Positions 25,514 to 38,285 of a stretch of 64,000 nucleotides of DNA are shown in pieces; positions within the stretch are counted from its first letter, which is position 1, and each line of letters opens with the position of its first letter. The notes beneath the pieces are model-generated. The model had not been told where the DNA came from and searched no databases. It saw nothing but the letters and a program-made list of their open reading frames with translations. The position numbers and the translations under genes are program-made. The stretch is from Eledone cirrhosa (lineage: Eukaryota). The stretch spans positions 23,932,001 through 23,996,000 of the forward strand of contig OZ024752.1 of the NCBI GenBank assembly GCA_964016885.1, written 5' to 3'.

Positions 25514-28500
25514 TTGGGGTGAGGGTTAATGTTTGGTTCAGAGTTAGTGTTAGTGTTGGGGTTAGGGATCGGGTTAGGTTTAAGGTTAGGATTAATGTTT
25601 CGGTTAGGACTAGTGTTAGGTTTTGGGTTAATGTGAGGGTTAGGGTTTAGGTAAATGTTAGAGTTAGGTTTAATGTTAGGGTTATCGTTATGGTTAAGGA
25701 TAGGGTTATAGTTAGGGTTAGTGTTCAGTATAGGCTTATGGTTAATGTTAGGGTTGGTGTTAATGTTAGGAATAGGGTTAAGATTATGGTTAATGCATAG
25801 GGTTAGGGATGGGTGGAGTGTTAGGGTTATGGTTAAAGTAAGTTAGCGTTAATGTTACGGTTAGGTTTAGCATAGGTCAGGATTAGGGTTAATTTTATGG
25901 TTAAGGTTAGGCTTAGGGTTGAGGTTAATATTAGGGTTGGGTTTAAGGTTAGCGTTGGGTTTAATGTAAGAGTTAGTGTCAATATTAGAGTTAGGGTTTA
26001 GTGTTATGGTTAGTGATAGAGTTAGGGTTATGGTTGGGGTTAATGTTAAGGATAGGGTTAGGGTTGGGTTTAAGGTTAGGGTTGGGGTTAAGGTTAGGGT
26101 TGGGTTTAATTTTAGTGTTGCGCTTAAAGTTAGAATTGGGATTAATGTTAGGATTAGATTAATTTTAGGGTTAGGGGTTGGGTTTAATGTAAGGGTTGGG
26201 GTTAGGATTAATATTAGGGTTAGTGTTAATATTAGAGTTAGGGTTTAGGGTGAAGGTTAGTGTTTTGGTTAGGGTTAGGGTTTACGTTTAGCGTGGGTTA
26301 GGGTTAATCATGGGGTTAGGGTTGGGTTTAAGGTTAGTGTTAGGGTTAATATTAGAGTTAGGGTTTCATGTGAAGGTTAGTGATATGGGTAGAGTTAGGG
26401 TTATGGTTCAGGTAAGAGTTAGCGTTAATTTTAGGGTTAGGGTTAGGTTTAACATAGGACAGGATTAGGGTTAAAGTTAGTGTTCGGTATAGGGTTAAGG
26501 TCAGGGTTAGCGTTAATGTTAGTGTTATGTTTAGGCTTAGGGTTGGGGTTAATGTTAGGATTAGGGTTGTGTTTGTTGGTTTAAGGTTAGGGTTAGGGGT
26601 TGGGTTTAATGTTAGCGTTAGGGTTGGTTTTAATGTTAGGGTTAGGGGTTGGGTTGTGTTTAATGTTAGGGTTGGGTTTAATGTTAGGGTTCTGCTTAAT
26701 GTTAAGGTTAGGGTTAGCGTTGGGTTTAAGGTTAGGGTTGCGCTTAATATTAGGGTTGGATTTAATGATAGGGATAGGGTTGGGTTTAATGTTAGTGTTG
26801 CACTGAATGTTAGGGTTACGGATGGGTTTAATGTTAGGGTTAGGGTTGGCTTTAATGTTGGGGTTAGGGTTAGAGGTTGGATTTAGGGCTAGGGTTGGGT
26901 TTAATGTTGGGGTTAGGGTTGGGTTTAATGTTAGGGTTAGAGTTAGTGTTAATATTTGAGTTAGGGTTTAGCGTGAAGTTTAGTGTTATGGTTAGTGATA
27001 GGGTTAGGGTTACGTTTAACGTAGGTCAGTATTAGGGTTAAAGTTAGGGTAAGAGTTGGGTTTAATGTTACGGTTACGCTTAATGTTAAGGTTAGCGTTG
27101 GGTTTAATGTTAGGGTTAATGTTAGTGTTAGGGTTAGGGTTGGTTTTAAGGTTAGTGTTAGGGTTAGCATTGGGTTTAATGTTAGTGCTAGGCTTAGGGT
27201 TGGGTTTAATGTTAGGGTTAGGATTAGGGTTAGTGATAGGGTTAAGGATACGCTTAGGGTTGGGTTTAATGTTAGTGTTGCGTTTAATGTTAGAGTTGAG
27301 ATTAATGTTAGGGTTCGGGTTAGTGTTGGGTTTAATTTTAAGGTTAGTGGTTGGGTTTAGGATTACGGTTGGGGTGAGGATTAATTTTAGGGTTAAGGTT
27401 AGTGTTAATATTAGAGTTAGGGTTTAGGGTGAAGGTTAGTGTTATGGTTAGGGTTAGGGTTAACGTTTAGCGTAGGTTAGGATTAGGGTTCGGGTTAGGG
27501 TTAATCATAGGGCTTTAATGTTTGGGTAAGGGTTGTGGTTAGGGTTAGGGTTGGGTTTAATGTTAGGGATAGGGTTTGGTTTAATGTTCGGGTTAGGATT
27601 AGTGTTGGGTTTAATTTTAGGGTTAGGGGTTGGGTTTAGGGCTAGGGGTGGGTTTAACGTAAGGGTTACAGTTGGGTTTAATGTAAGGGTTAGGGTTAGG
27701 GTTAGTGTTAATATTAGAGTTAGGGTTTAGGGTGAAGGTTAGTGTTATGGTTAGGGTTAACGTTTAGCGTGGGTTAGGGTTAATCATAGGGCTTTAATGT
27801 TAGGGTTGGGGTTGGGTTTAATGTTAGGGTTAGGGTTGGGATTAATGTTAGGGTTAGGTTTGGCTTTAATGTTAGGGTTAGGTTTAATGTTAAGGTTAGG
27901 GTTGGGTTTAACGTAAGGGTTACTATGGGTTTAATGTTGGGGTTAATATTAGAGTTAGGGTTTAGGGTGAAGGTTAGTTTTATGGTTAGTGATAGGGTTA
28001 GGGTTATGGTGAGGGTTAATGATAGGGTTAGTCTAAGAGTTAGGGATAGGGTTGGGGTAAGGGTTGGGTTTAATGTTAGGGTTAGGGTTGGGATTAAGGT
28101 TAGGGTTAGTTTTGGCTTTAATGTTAGGGTTAGGATTAGATTAATTTTAGGGTTAGGGGTTGGGTTTAACGTAAGGGTTACGGTTGCCTTTAATGTTGGG
28201 GTTAGGGTTAGGGTTAATATTAGAGTTAGGGTTAGTGATATGGGTAGAGTTATGGTTAAGGTAAGAGTTAATGTTACGGTTAGGATTAATTTTAGGGTTA
28301 GGGTTAGGTTTAGCGTAGGTCAGTGTTAGTGTTCCGGTTAGGGTTAGTGTTAGGGTTAAGGTCAGGGTTAGTGTTAATTTTAGTGTTGGGGTTAATGATA
28401 GGATTAGGGTTAGTCTAAGGGTTAGGGTTGGAGTTGCGTTTAATGTTTGGGTAAGGGTTGAGTTTAATGTTAGGGTTAGGGTTGGGTTACGGTAAGGGTT

Positions 28501-31500
28501 AGGGTTGGGATTAGAGTTAGGTTTGGCTTTAATGTTAGGGTTAGGGTTGAGTTTAATGTAAGGGTTAGGGTTGGGTTTAATGTTAGGGTTAGGGGTTGGG
28601 TTTAATGTTAGGGTTAAGGATAGGGTTAGGGGTTAGGTTGGGTCATGGTTAGGGTTGGGTTTAATGTTAGGGTTAGAGTAAGAGTTGGGTTTAATGTTAG
28701 GGTTACGGTTAGTGTTGGGTTTAATGTTAGGATTAGGGTTAGGGTTGGGTTTAACGTTAGGGTTAGAGTTGGGTTTAATGTTAGAGCTAGTGTAGGGTTT
28801 AATATTACGGTTAGGTTTAATGTTAGGGTTCGGGTTAGGGTTGGCTTTAATGTTAGGGTTAGGGTTAGGGATGGGTTTAATGTTAGGATTAGGGTTAGGG
28901 TTGGGTTTAACGTTAGCATTAGGGTTAAGGTTGTGTTTAATGTTTGGGCTAGCATTGGGTTTAATGTTAGGTTTAGGGTTGGATTTAGTGTTAGGGTTAG
29001 GATTAAGGTTAGGGTTAGGTTTGGCTTTAATGTTAGGTTTCGGGTTGGGTGTAATGTTAGGGTTCAGGTTAGGGTTAATGTTGGGTTTAATGTTAGTGTT
29101 AGGGTTAGTGTTAATGTTTGTGTTAATATTAAGGTTGAGTTTAATGTTAGGGTTAGGATTGGTTTTAAGGTTAGGTTTAGGGTTTAGTGTTAGGGTTAGG
29201 GTTGGGCCTAATGTAAGGGTTCGGGTTGGGTTTAATGTTAGAGTTAGGTTTGGGGTTAGGGTTAAGTTGGGTTTAATTTTAGGGTTAGGGTTAGAGTTGG
29301 GTTTAATGTTAGGATTAGGTTTGGGTTAGGGTTGGGTTGGCTTGGGGTTGGGTTTAATCTTAGGGTTAGGGTTGGTTTTAATGTTAGGGTTCGTGTTAGG
29401 GTTGGGTTAGGGTTAGTGTTGTGTTGGGTTAGGGTTGGATTTAAGGTTAGGGTTAGTGTTGTGTTTAATGTTAGGGTTAGGTTTATTGTTTAATCTTAGG
29501 GTTATGGTTGGGTTTAGGGTTAGGGTTGGGTTTAATGTTAGGGTTAGCGTTAGGTTTTAATTTTAGGTTGAATGTTAGTGTTAGGGTTGGTTTAGGGGAT
29601 GCGTTGAGTTATGGTCGGTGTTACGGTTGGGGTTAATGTTAGGGTTGATTTTACTGTTAGGGTTAGGTTTTAATGTTTGGGTTAGTGTTAATGTTAGTGT
29701 TCGAATTAGGGTTAAGGTTGGGTTTAAGGTTAGGGTTAGTGTTGGGGTTGGGTTTAATGTTTGGGTAAGGTTGTGTTACGGTCGGTGTTAGTGTTAGGAT
29801 TAGGGGTTAATGTTACGGTTAGTGTTAATATTAGAGTTAGGGATCAGGGTGAAGGTTAGTGTTATGGTTAGTGTTAGGATTAGCATTTCGGTTAGAGTTA
29901 GGTTTAATGTTGGGGTTAGGGTTGGTTTTAATGTTAGGGTTGGGTTTAAGGTTAGTGTTAGAGTTAGGGTTAGAGTTAGGGTTATGGTTAATGTTAAGGA
30001 CAGGGCTCGGGTTGCGTTTAATGTTAAGGTTAGGGTTAGTGTTAATATTAGAGTTAGGGTTTAGGGTGAAGGTTAGTGTTAATATTAGAGTTAGGGTTTA
30101 GGGTGAAGGTTAGTGTTATGGTTAGTGATACGGTTAGGGTTAAGGATAGGGTTATGGTTCAGGTAAGAGTTAATGTTACGGTTAGGATTAATTTTAGGGT
30201 TAGGGTTAAAGTTAATGTTAGTGTTACGTTTAGGCTTAGGGCAGGGTTAGGTTTAGGGTTGGGGTTAATGTTAGGATTAGGGTTAATGATAGGGTTAGTC
30301 TAAGGGATTAGAGTTAGGTTTTGGCTTTAATGTTAGGGTTAGGGTTGTGTTTAATATTAGGATTAGGGTTGGGTTTAATGTTAGGGTTAGGGTTGGGTTT
30401 AATTTCAGGGTTAGGGTTGGTTTTAATGTTAGGGTTAGGGTTGGTTTTAATGTTAGGGTTAGGGTTTAATGTAAGGGTTAGAGTTTAATGTAAGTGTTAG
30501 GTTTGTGTTTTATATTTGGGTTAAGGTTAATGTAAGGGTTATGGTTATGGTGAGTGTTAATGATAGGTTGTCTTTAATGTTGGGGTTGGGTTTAATGTTT
30601 GGGTAAGGATTGGGATTGTGTTTAATGTTAGGGATAGGGTTGGGTTTAAGATTAAGGTTAGGGTTTAATGTTAGGGTTAATGGTAATGATAGGGTTATGG
30701 TTGAGTTTAATATTAGGGTGATGGTTAGGGTTGGGCTTAATGTTAGGGTTCGGGTTAGGGTTGGGTTAAGGTTAGTGTTGGGTTGGGTTAGGGTTAGGGT
30801 TGGATTGAATGTTAGGGTTAAGGTTAGTGTTGTGTTTAATGTTAGGGTTACGGTTGGGTTTAGGGTTAGGGTTGGATTTAGGGTTAGGGTTGGGTTTAAG
30901 GTTAGGGTTGGGGTTAGGGTTAGTGTTGAGTTTAATGTTAGGGTTGGGTTTAAGGTTAAGGTTATGATTTAATGTTAGGGTTGGGTTTAATGTTAGGATT
31001 AGGGTTAGGGTTTGTTTTAATATTAGGGTTAGAGTTATGGTTGGGTTTATTGTTAGGGTTACGGTTTGGCTTAATGTTAGGGTTAGCGTTAGGTTTTAAT
31101 GTTAGGTTTAATGTTAGTGTTATGGTTAGTGTTAGGGTCAGCGTTAGGGTTATGGTTAGGTTTAATATTAGGGTTGGGTTAGGTTTACAGTTGGGTTTAA
31201 TGTTAGAGTTAGCGTTAGGTTAGGGTTAGGGGTAGATTTAGAGTTCAACGTTAGGGCTAGGGTTGGGTTTAATGTTAGGGTTAGGGTTAGTGTTAATAAT
31301 AGAGTTTGGGTTTAGGGTGAAGGTTAGTGTTATGGTTAGTGTTAGGGTCAGCGTCAGTGCTGGGGTTGGGTTAGGGTTAGGGTTTGGGTTAGGATTTAAT
31401 GTTAGGGTTAGGGTTACAGCTAGGTTTAATGTTACGGTTAGCGTTAGGTTTTAATTTTAGGTTTAATGTTAGTGTTAGGTTTAGGGTTGGTTTAACCTTA

Positions 31501-33540
31501 GTGTTAGGGTTAGGGTTGCGTTTAATGTTAGGTTTGGGTTAGGTTTACAGTTGGAGTTAATGTTAGAGTTAGCGTTAGGTTTAGTGTTGTGTTTAATGTT
31601 AGGGTTAGGGTTGGGTTTAATCTTAGGGTTATGTTTGGGTTTAGGGTTGGGGTTAGGGTTAGTGTTGGGTTTAATGTTAGGGTTGTGTTTAAGGTTAGGG
31701 TTAGGGTTGGTTTTAATATTAGGGTTAGGGTTATGGTTAGGTTTATTGTTAGGGTTGGGTTAGGGTTACGGTTGGGTTTAATGTTAGTGCTAGCGTTAGG
31801 TTTTGATGTTAGGTTTGGATTTAACGTTAGGGTTGGTTTTAACGTTAGTGTTAGATTTAGAGTTCAATGCTAGGGCTAGGGTTGGGTTCAATGTTAGGGT
31901 TAGGGTTAGTGTTAGAGTTTGGGTTTAGGGTGAAAGTTAGTGTTATGGTTAGTGTTAGGGTCAGCGTCAGCGTTACTTTTACGGTTGGGTTTAAGGTTAG
32001 GGTTAGGGTTAGGGTTGGGTTTAATGTCAGGGTTAGGGCAAGGTTTGGGTTTAATGTTAGGGTTAGGGTTGGGTTTAATCTTAGGGTTAGAGTTGGGTTT
32101 AGGGTTAGGGTTGGGTTTAAGGTTAGGGTTAGGGTTAGTTTTGGGTTTAATGTTAGGGTTAGGTTTAAGGTTAGGGTTGGTTTTAATCTTAGGGTTATGG
32201 TTGGGTTTAGGGTTAGGGTTAATGTTAGGGTTAGGATTTAATGTTAGGGTTAGGGTTGGGTTAGGGTTACAGTTAGGTTTAATGTTAGGGTTAGCATTAG
32301 GTTTTAATTTTAGGTTTAATGTTAGTGTTACGGTTAGGGTTGGTTTTAACCTCAGTGTTAGATCTAGAGTTCAATGTTAGGGTTAGGGTTGGGTTAGGTT
32401 TACAGTTGGGTTTAATGTTAGAGTTAGCGTTAGGTTTTAATTTTAGGTTTAATGTTAGTGTTAGGGTTAGGGTTGGTTTTAACGTTAGTGTTAGATCTAG
32501 AGTTCAATGTTAGGGTTAAGGTTGGGTTTAATGTTAGGGTTAGTGTTAGTGTTGGGTTTAATATTAGGAGTAGTGTTGGGTTTAATGTTATGGTTAGGGT
32601 TGTGTTTAATGTTAGGGTTGTGGTTAGGGTTAGTGTTGGATTTAATGTTAGTGTAAGGGTTGGGTTTAATGTTAGGATTCGGGTTAGGGTTGGGTTAGGG
32701 TTAGGGCTGGGTTGGGTTAGGTTTGGATTTAATGTTAGTATTCGGGTTAGGGTTGGGCTGGGTTAGGGTTAATGTTGGGTTTAATGTTAGTGTTAGGTTT
32801 TAATGTTAGGGTTGAGTTTAAAATTAGGGTTAGGGTTGGGTTTAAAGTTATGCTTAGGTTTAGTGTTAGGGTTAGGTTTGGGCTTAATGTAAGGGTTCGG
32901 TTTGGGTTTAATGTTAGAGTTAGGGTTGGGTATGTTTTAATTTTAGGGTTAGGGTTAGAGTTTGGTTTATTGTTAGGATTAGGTTTGGGTTAGGGTTTGG
33001 GTTGGGTTGGCTTAGGGTTGGGTTAGGGTTGGGTTAAGGTTATTGTTGGGTTGGGTTAGGGTTAGTGTTGTGTTTAATGTTAGGGTTAGGTTTATTGTTA
33101 GGGTTGGGTTTAATGGTAGGGTTATGGTTGGGTTTAATCTTAGGGTTATGGTTGGGTTTGGGGTTAGGGTTAGTGTTGGGTTTATTGTTAGGGTTCGGGT
33201 TAGGGTTGGGTTAAGGTTAGTGTTGGGTTGGGTTAGGGTTAGGGTTAGGGTTAGTGTTGGATCGAATGTTAGGGTTAGGGTTAGGTTTAATCTTAGGTTT
33301 AGGGTTAGGGGTTAGGATTAGTGTTAGTATTGGGTTTAAAGTTAGGGTTGGGTTTAATGTTAGGGTTAGGATTAGTGTTAGGGTAAGTTTTGGGTTTAAT
33401 GTTAGGGTTAAGGTTGGGTTTAGTCTTAGGTTTAGGGTTGGGTTTAGGGTTAGGGTTAGTGTTGTGTTTAATGTTAGGGTTAGGGTTGGGTTTAATCTTA
33501 CGGTTATGGTTGGGTTTAGGGTTAGGGTTGGGTTTAATAT
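25514..33540 (+). repeat. ~8-kb interstitial degenerate telomere-like array (TTAGGG/TTGGGT/TTAATG)
   Basis: Near-continuous hexamer register, G-rich on +. Common 18-mer TTAGGGTTGGGTTTAATG. The RV/LG ORFs here are artefacts of the repeat. Confidence 0.95.
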
Positions 33541-33696
33541 TTAGTAATACTAATGGAAGTACAGCATAATCGAAGCCCGAGCCGCAGCTATGCCGACGAA
33601 TGGTTTTCAAATTGAAGATGGCGTCCGGTAATTCAGCCACGGGGACCGTAGCAATGAAAGAACTGACTCGCGAGAAAAAATACATACATATATATA

Positions 33697-33945
33697 TCAT
33701 CATCATCGTTTAACGTCCGTGTTCCACACTTGCATGGGTTTGGACGGGGGTATTCCCACTTGAGGCAAGAGTGATTGTCTTGCACGCATAGGACTGTCTG
33801 GCAGGTTTGCTACAGTTGGATGCCCTTCCTAACACCAACCACATTTACAGTGTGGGTCTGGGAGGTTTTTACCGTGTTGCCTACACGGCCACATTACAGC
33901 GTGGACTGTGTGTTTTTTTGTCATGACACCTACACGTCGTGACAC
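33697..33945 (-). mobile_element. 5'-truncated RTE 3' UTR
   Basis: Reverse complement of ~44830-45070 with (CAT)n on +. Confidence 0.85.
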
Positions 33946-34056
33946 CTACACCTGTCTACTGAGATCAATGATGTTATATTCTTATAGCTCCTGATTATTT
34001 ACTAGATTTCTATAAGAATATAACATCATTGATCTCAGTAGACAGGTGGGGTAGTT

Positions 34057-34100
34057 GGCCTTGATAAGCTTCAACCAAAGCGAAACATGTCATGTCGGCT
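34057..34100 (+). ncRNA. Type I hammerhead, U3-A8 core variant
   Basis: ggcc-TTGATAA-gctt caacca aagc-GAAA-catgtcatg-TC-ggct. Confidence 0.75.
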
Positions 34101-34372
34101 TATCTTCTCTGTTTGCTGAGATCAAAGTGAGTGAATTTGTCACTACTTTAAAACAATAGCTTACGGTCTTCAAAATGCTTTTAATTAAGCATAAAGTGTA
34201 TTGCAAAATACATTATATATACATCCATATATATATTGCTATTTCAGAGATCCAATTCTAATTTTTAATTTCTGACTGACCAACAACCGCTCTGCATAAT
34301 CAGCTCCTGATTATTTACTAGATTTCTATAAGAATATAACATCATTGATCTCAGTAGACAGGTGGGGTAGTT

Positions 34373-34416
34373 GGCCTTGATAAGCTTCAACCAAAGCGAA
34401 ACATGTCATGTCGGCT
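34373..34416 (+). ncRNA. Type I hammerhead, U3-A8 core variant (second copy)
   Basis: Identical to 34057-34100, 316 bp downstream. Confidence 0.75.
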
Positions 34417-34571
34417 TATCTCCCCTGTTTGCTGAGATCAAAGTGAGTGAATTTGTCACTACTTTAAAACAATAGCTTACGGTCTTCAAAATGCTTTTAA
34501 TTAATCATAAAGTGTATTGCAAAATACATTATATATACATCCATATATATATTGCTATTTCAGAGCTCCAA

Positions 34572-34646
<75 letters not shown>

Positions 34647-34869
34647 TATGTATATATATGTGTAAGTATATATATATAAATATATATGTAGGTATATATA
34701 TATGTATATATTGGCTTTTTGCTACAATATTTTCTATACCTTTCATTTATATATATATGTATATATATATACATATATATATGTAGGTATATATACATAT
34801 ATATATTTATATATATATATATATACATATATATGTATATATGTAGATATATATATAGAGAGAGAGCAC

Positions 34870-35990
34870 TAACAAATTTGATTTAGAACGTAGCACAATG
34901 GAAAGCATCCAGCAGATAGCTAATTCCATACACCAGAGTATAACTGTAACTATCGACTACCCTTCCAAACACCCTAACAATAGACTACCTGTATTAGACA
35001 CAGAACTCTGGATTAACACTATAGTCGAGAGAGCCCAAATTCTCCACTCACACTATGCTAAACCCATGGCCTCCAAATACCTGATACTCAAAAACTCAGC
35101 AATGTTCAGTAGTGCTACTTGGTACGAGTGATGAAGAACGTGTCCCGCATGTGCGACCCAACAGAAATGGAAAGACATCCAACACTTCATCAACCGCATG
35201 CAGTTCTCTGGCTACTACCAAAAAGACAGAATCAGAGTATACGAAGGAGCCACGGAGAAGTATATGACCCTCATAGAACTGGACATGAAAGGAATTTGCC
35301 CATTATACAGGACAAATCATGACAACAACATACATAGGCGAGACAGCTCGTAGCATAGGTGAAAGTATAGACCAACACTGGGGGAACTAAAAGGACAAAA
35401 AAACGGTTCAGTACTATACGAACATGCCAGACAACAACACGACGGTAACATAGACAACATAGAAATTAGAATAATATCTAAACAGAAATGACCCAGAAGA
35501 TAGGCAAATCAGAGAGGGCAGCGAAATAGAACTTAGAAGGCCAAGGCTAAACAGAAAAAATGAATGGAACAACAACACCCAAACAAACAACACTGACCTA
35601 AGAGAAGTATAAATAAATAAATTAATAGATAAATAAATAAATACATACACAAGCACAATAACAACAAACACATATAAACACACACTAGTAAAGATAGAAT
35701 ACATTAACCAATACACAGTCACCCAAACACGAACACACATCAAACAAAACACTATACACACACGCAAACGCATGCGCAAAGAAGACAAAAAAATAAACAA
35801 ATAAATAAATATATAAACAGACTAAATAAAGATGGCGTAGACATACAATGCAACGGGAGGAAACAATAGCACCACTGACGATGTTGCAGATGTGCAACGA
35901 AAGAACTTTGATAAACTATATATATGTGTTTGTGTCTATATTGTATCTGTATTATTTTTTACCGTTGGTCAGTCAATGGCAACATTGAGG
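34870..35990 (+). mobile_element. Penelope-like element 3' fragment (RT C-terminus, CA-rich tract, hammerhead)
   Basis: IANSIH.SITVTIDYPS...LPVLD...HYAKPMASK. Hammerhead-like CTGACGA-t-gttgca gatg tgcaac-GAAA at 35875-35902. Confidence 0.7.
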
Positions 35991-36146
35991 ACCGACTAAA
36001 TTAAATTAACTGATATTAACCGACACAGAAGCGAAAACCAACCCAACAGTGCGTGTGTTCTGTTATTAATTCTGGCAATATTACACAAATATGACCCTTC
36101 CCATATATATGTATGTATATATGTATGTATATATATGTATATATAT

Positions 36147-37305
36147 ATCATCATCATCATCATCACCGTTTTACGTCCGTTCTTCCACGCTAGCATGGGT
36201 TAGACGGGTTGTCCTGTTGTGGGCAGTGTCTGGTCGGCTGACCATGCCTTGCTCATACAGGAACTGATCTGGCTTGATTTCTACAGCTGGATGCCCTTCC
36301 TAACACCAACCTCATTTACAGTGAGTGCTGGGTGCTTTTTCGTGGCGCCTACACGTCCACTTTACAGTGTGGGCTGGGTGCTTTTTTGCCGTGGCACCTC
36401 CACGACCACCTTGCGATGGGGGGGGGGGGCATATTGTTTATATGCTTCAGCATGTACCCATGGGAGGTCGGGTACCCTGTATTACTGCGTGACGCCAGAG
36501 GTCACGGTCGTGTGTCATTGACTTTGAGAGGTGTAGTTGGGTAAGGTCGGCTTTTATCACCTCATCCCAAGTCATCTTGGGTCTCCCCACTCCGCGGTTT
36601 CCATCAACTTCTAGTGCTCTGCACCTTTTTATGCAGCTGTCATCCTTCATACGCATCACATGTCCATACCAGCGTAACCGCCTCTCCTGCACGCAGCATT
36701 TGATTCCTCTTATGCTCAGTCTCTCTCTCAATTCATTTATGCTTTGTCGTTCACGTATATTACTGTTACACATCCATCGGAGCATGCAGGCTTCGTTTCT
36801 CTCTAATCTACGTAAGTCTTCCACCTTCAGCGCCCAGGTCTCACTACCATGCAACATCGCTGTTCGGATACACGCATCATACAGTCTGCCTTTCATTCTG
36901 AGGGAGAAGCCTTTTGCAGCTAGCAGTGGTAGTAGTTCCCTAAACTTCTTCCATCCCGTTCTTACCCTAGTTATTGTACTTTCTGAGCACCCACCTCCGT
37001 TGCTAATTCGGTCACCTAGGTAGCAGAAGCTGTCTACTGTTTCTACAGGGCCCTCCCAGAGATTGGTGGTACTTGTTTCCTGTGGCTGTTTGCTTGCTGT
37101 TTCAGCACAGCTGCTGCATGTGAATCCTACATTCTTAATTAAGCTTCCTGAGATCCCGCTACATCTCTTGTGTACCCATTGTTTGCATTTGGGGCAAAGA
37201 ATGGAGTTCCTACCTACACCTTTCCTACATACTGAGCAAGGCCATTTCCCTGAGGGGATCTGGGTTCTGTTTTCTCGTCTACTTATAAGGACCTTAGTCT
37301 TTGTC
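36147..37305 (-). mobile_element. 5'-truncated RTE LINE inserted in a TA-rich microsatellite
   Basis: ORF part [25 protein letters not shown]...[11 protein letters not shown]...; 3' UTR with (GAT)n. Confidence 0.92.
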
Positions 37306-37312
37306 ATGTATG

Positions 37313-37360
<48 letters not shown>

Positions 37361-37362
37361 TG

Positions 37363-37393
<31 letters not shown>

Positions 37394-38176
37394 GTAGATA
37401 TATATATGTAGATATATATTGATATATATATATGTAGATATATGTATATGTATTTGTATATATGTGTATATATATGTATATATATACATATGTATATATA
37501 TATATGTATATATATACATATGTATATGTATTTATACATATGTGTAGATATATGTATATGTATTTATATATATGTATGTACATATATGTATATGTATTTA
37601 TTTATATATATGTGTATGTATATATCTATATGTATATATGTGTATATATATATGTATGTATATATATATACAAATATAAATTAGCGAGAATCGTATTTCG
37701 GCTTTGGAAATTAGCGAAAAACAACTTCCGAGATGTGTGGCAAGCGCTCAATAATTCTAACGAACCAGAGCTACAACATACGTTAAAAGGCCAAACACAC
37801 TGAGACGCACAGCCATAGAAACGACCAAGTAATTCGGGTCAAACAAATAAAAAAATGTGATTGAAAATTTTACCCGGACCCCTGGATGGTTGGTAAAAAT
37901 CCAGCATTTGGGTTTTTGCGACTCGTAAATCAAGTACTGTCCGCTTAGACAAATAATGTTAGGTTCTGGTAGGATGATTGAACAAGGAAGTCACTTTCTC
38001 AACAGGCTTTTAATTCAAGTGCCAGGCCAAGGATTGACCGTTACCAATACCCACGTGGGGCTCGACAAGGGAGGCAACCCTTATGTTTGGCGGATGAATT
38101 CAGTATGTGTATATTATTGCAAAATTGCAAAATATCACAAAACGAATTAAGTTCTCAACGGAATGGTTTTAAAGTT

Positions 38177-38241
38177 AACAAAAGCTATTCATCAGTCAAT
38201 AGAATCAATTAAAAAAGTCAAGAAAATTAACTGGTCAATAG

Positions 38242-38285
<44 letters not shown>

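Larger units (their letters stand above)
33949..34577 (+). mobile_element. Retrozyme-like tandem 316-bp unit (two copies) with hammerheads and a 5' inversion
   Basis: Direct repeats 33986-34301 and 34302-34577. Hammerhead motifs at 34057-34100 and 34373-34416. 39-bp inverted segment at 33949-33987. Confidence 0.75.

Noticed and set aside
25514-33540. True chromosome end or telomere fusion site
   Set aside because: The array is interstitial, highly degenerate and in one orientation only, with no head-to-head CCCTAA switch.
33618-33700. Possible first exon MASGNSATGTVAMKELTREKK
   Set aside because: No splice donor or recognisable homology; it runs into microsatellite and an RTE tail.
25976-33706. 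Many RV-rich or LG-rich ORFs resembling membrane or repeat proteins
   Set aside because: They are translations of the TTAGGG-like hexamer array, with no splice or codon evidence.
36447-37583. 378-aa ORF as an intact gene
   Set aside because: The N-terminus is microsatellite read-through fused to a 5'-truncated RTE C-terminus.
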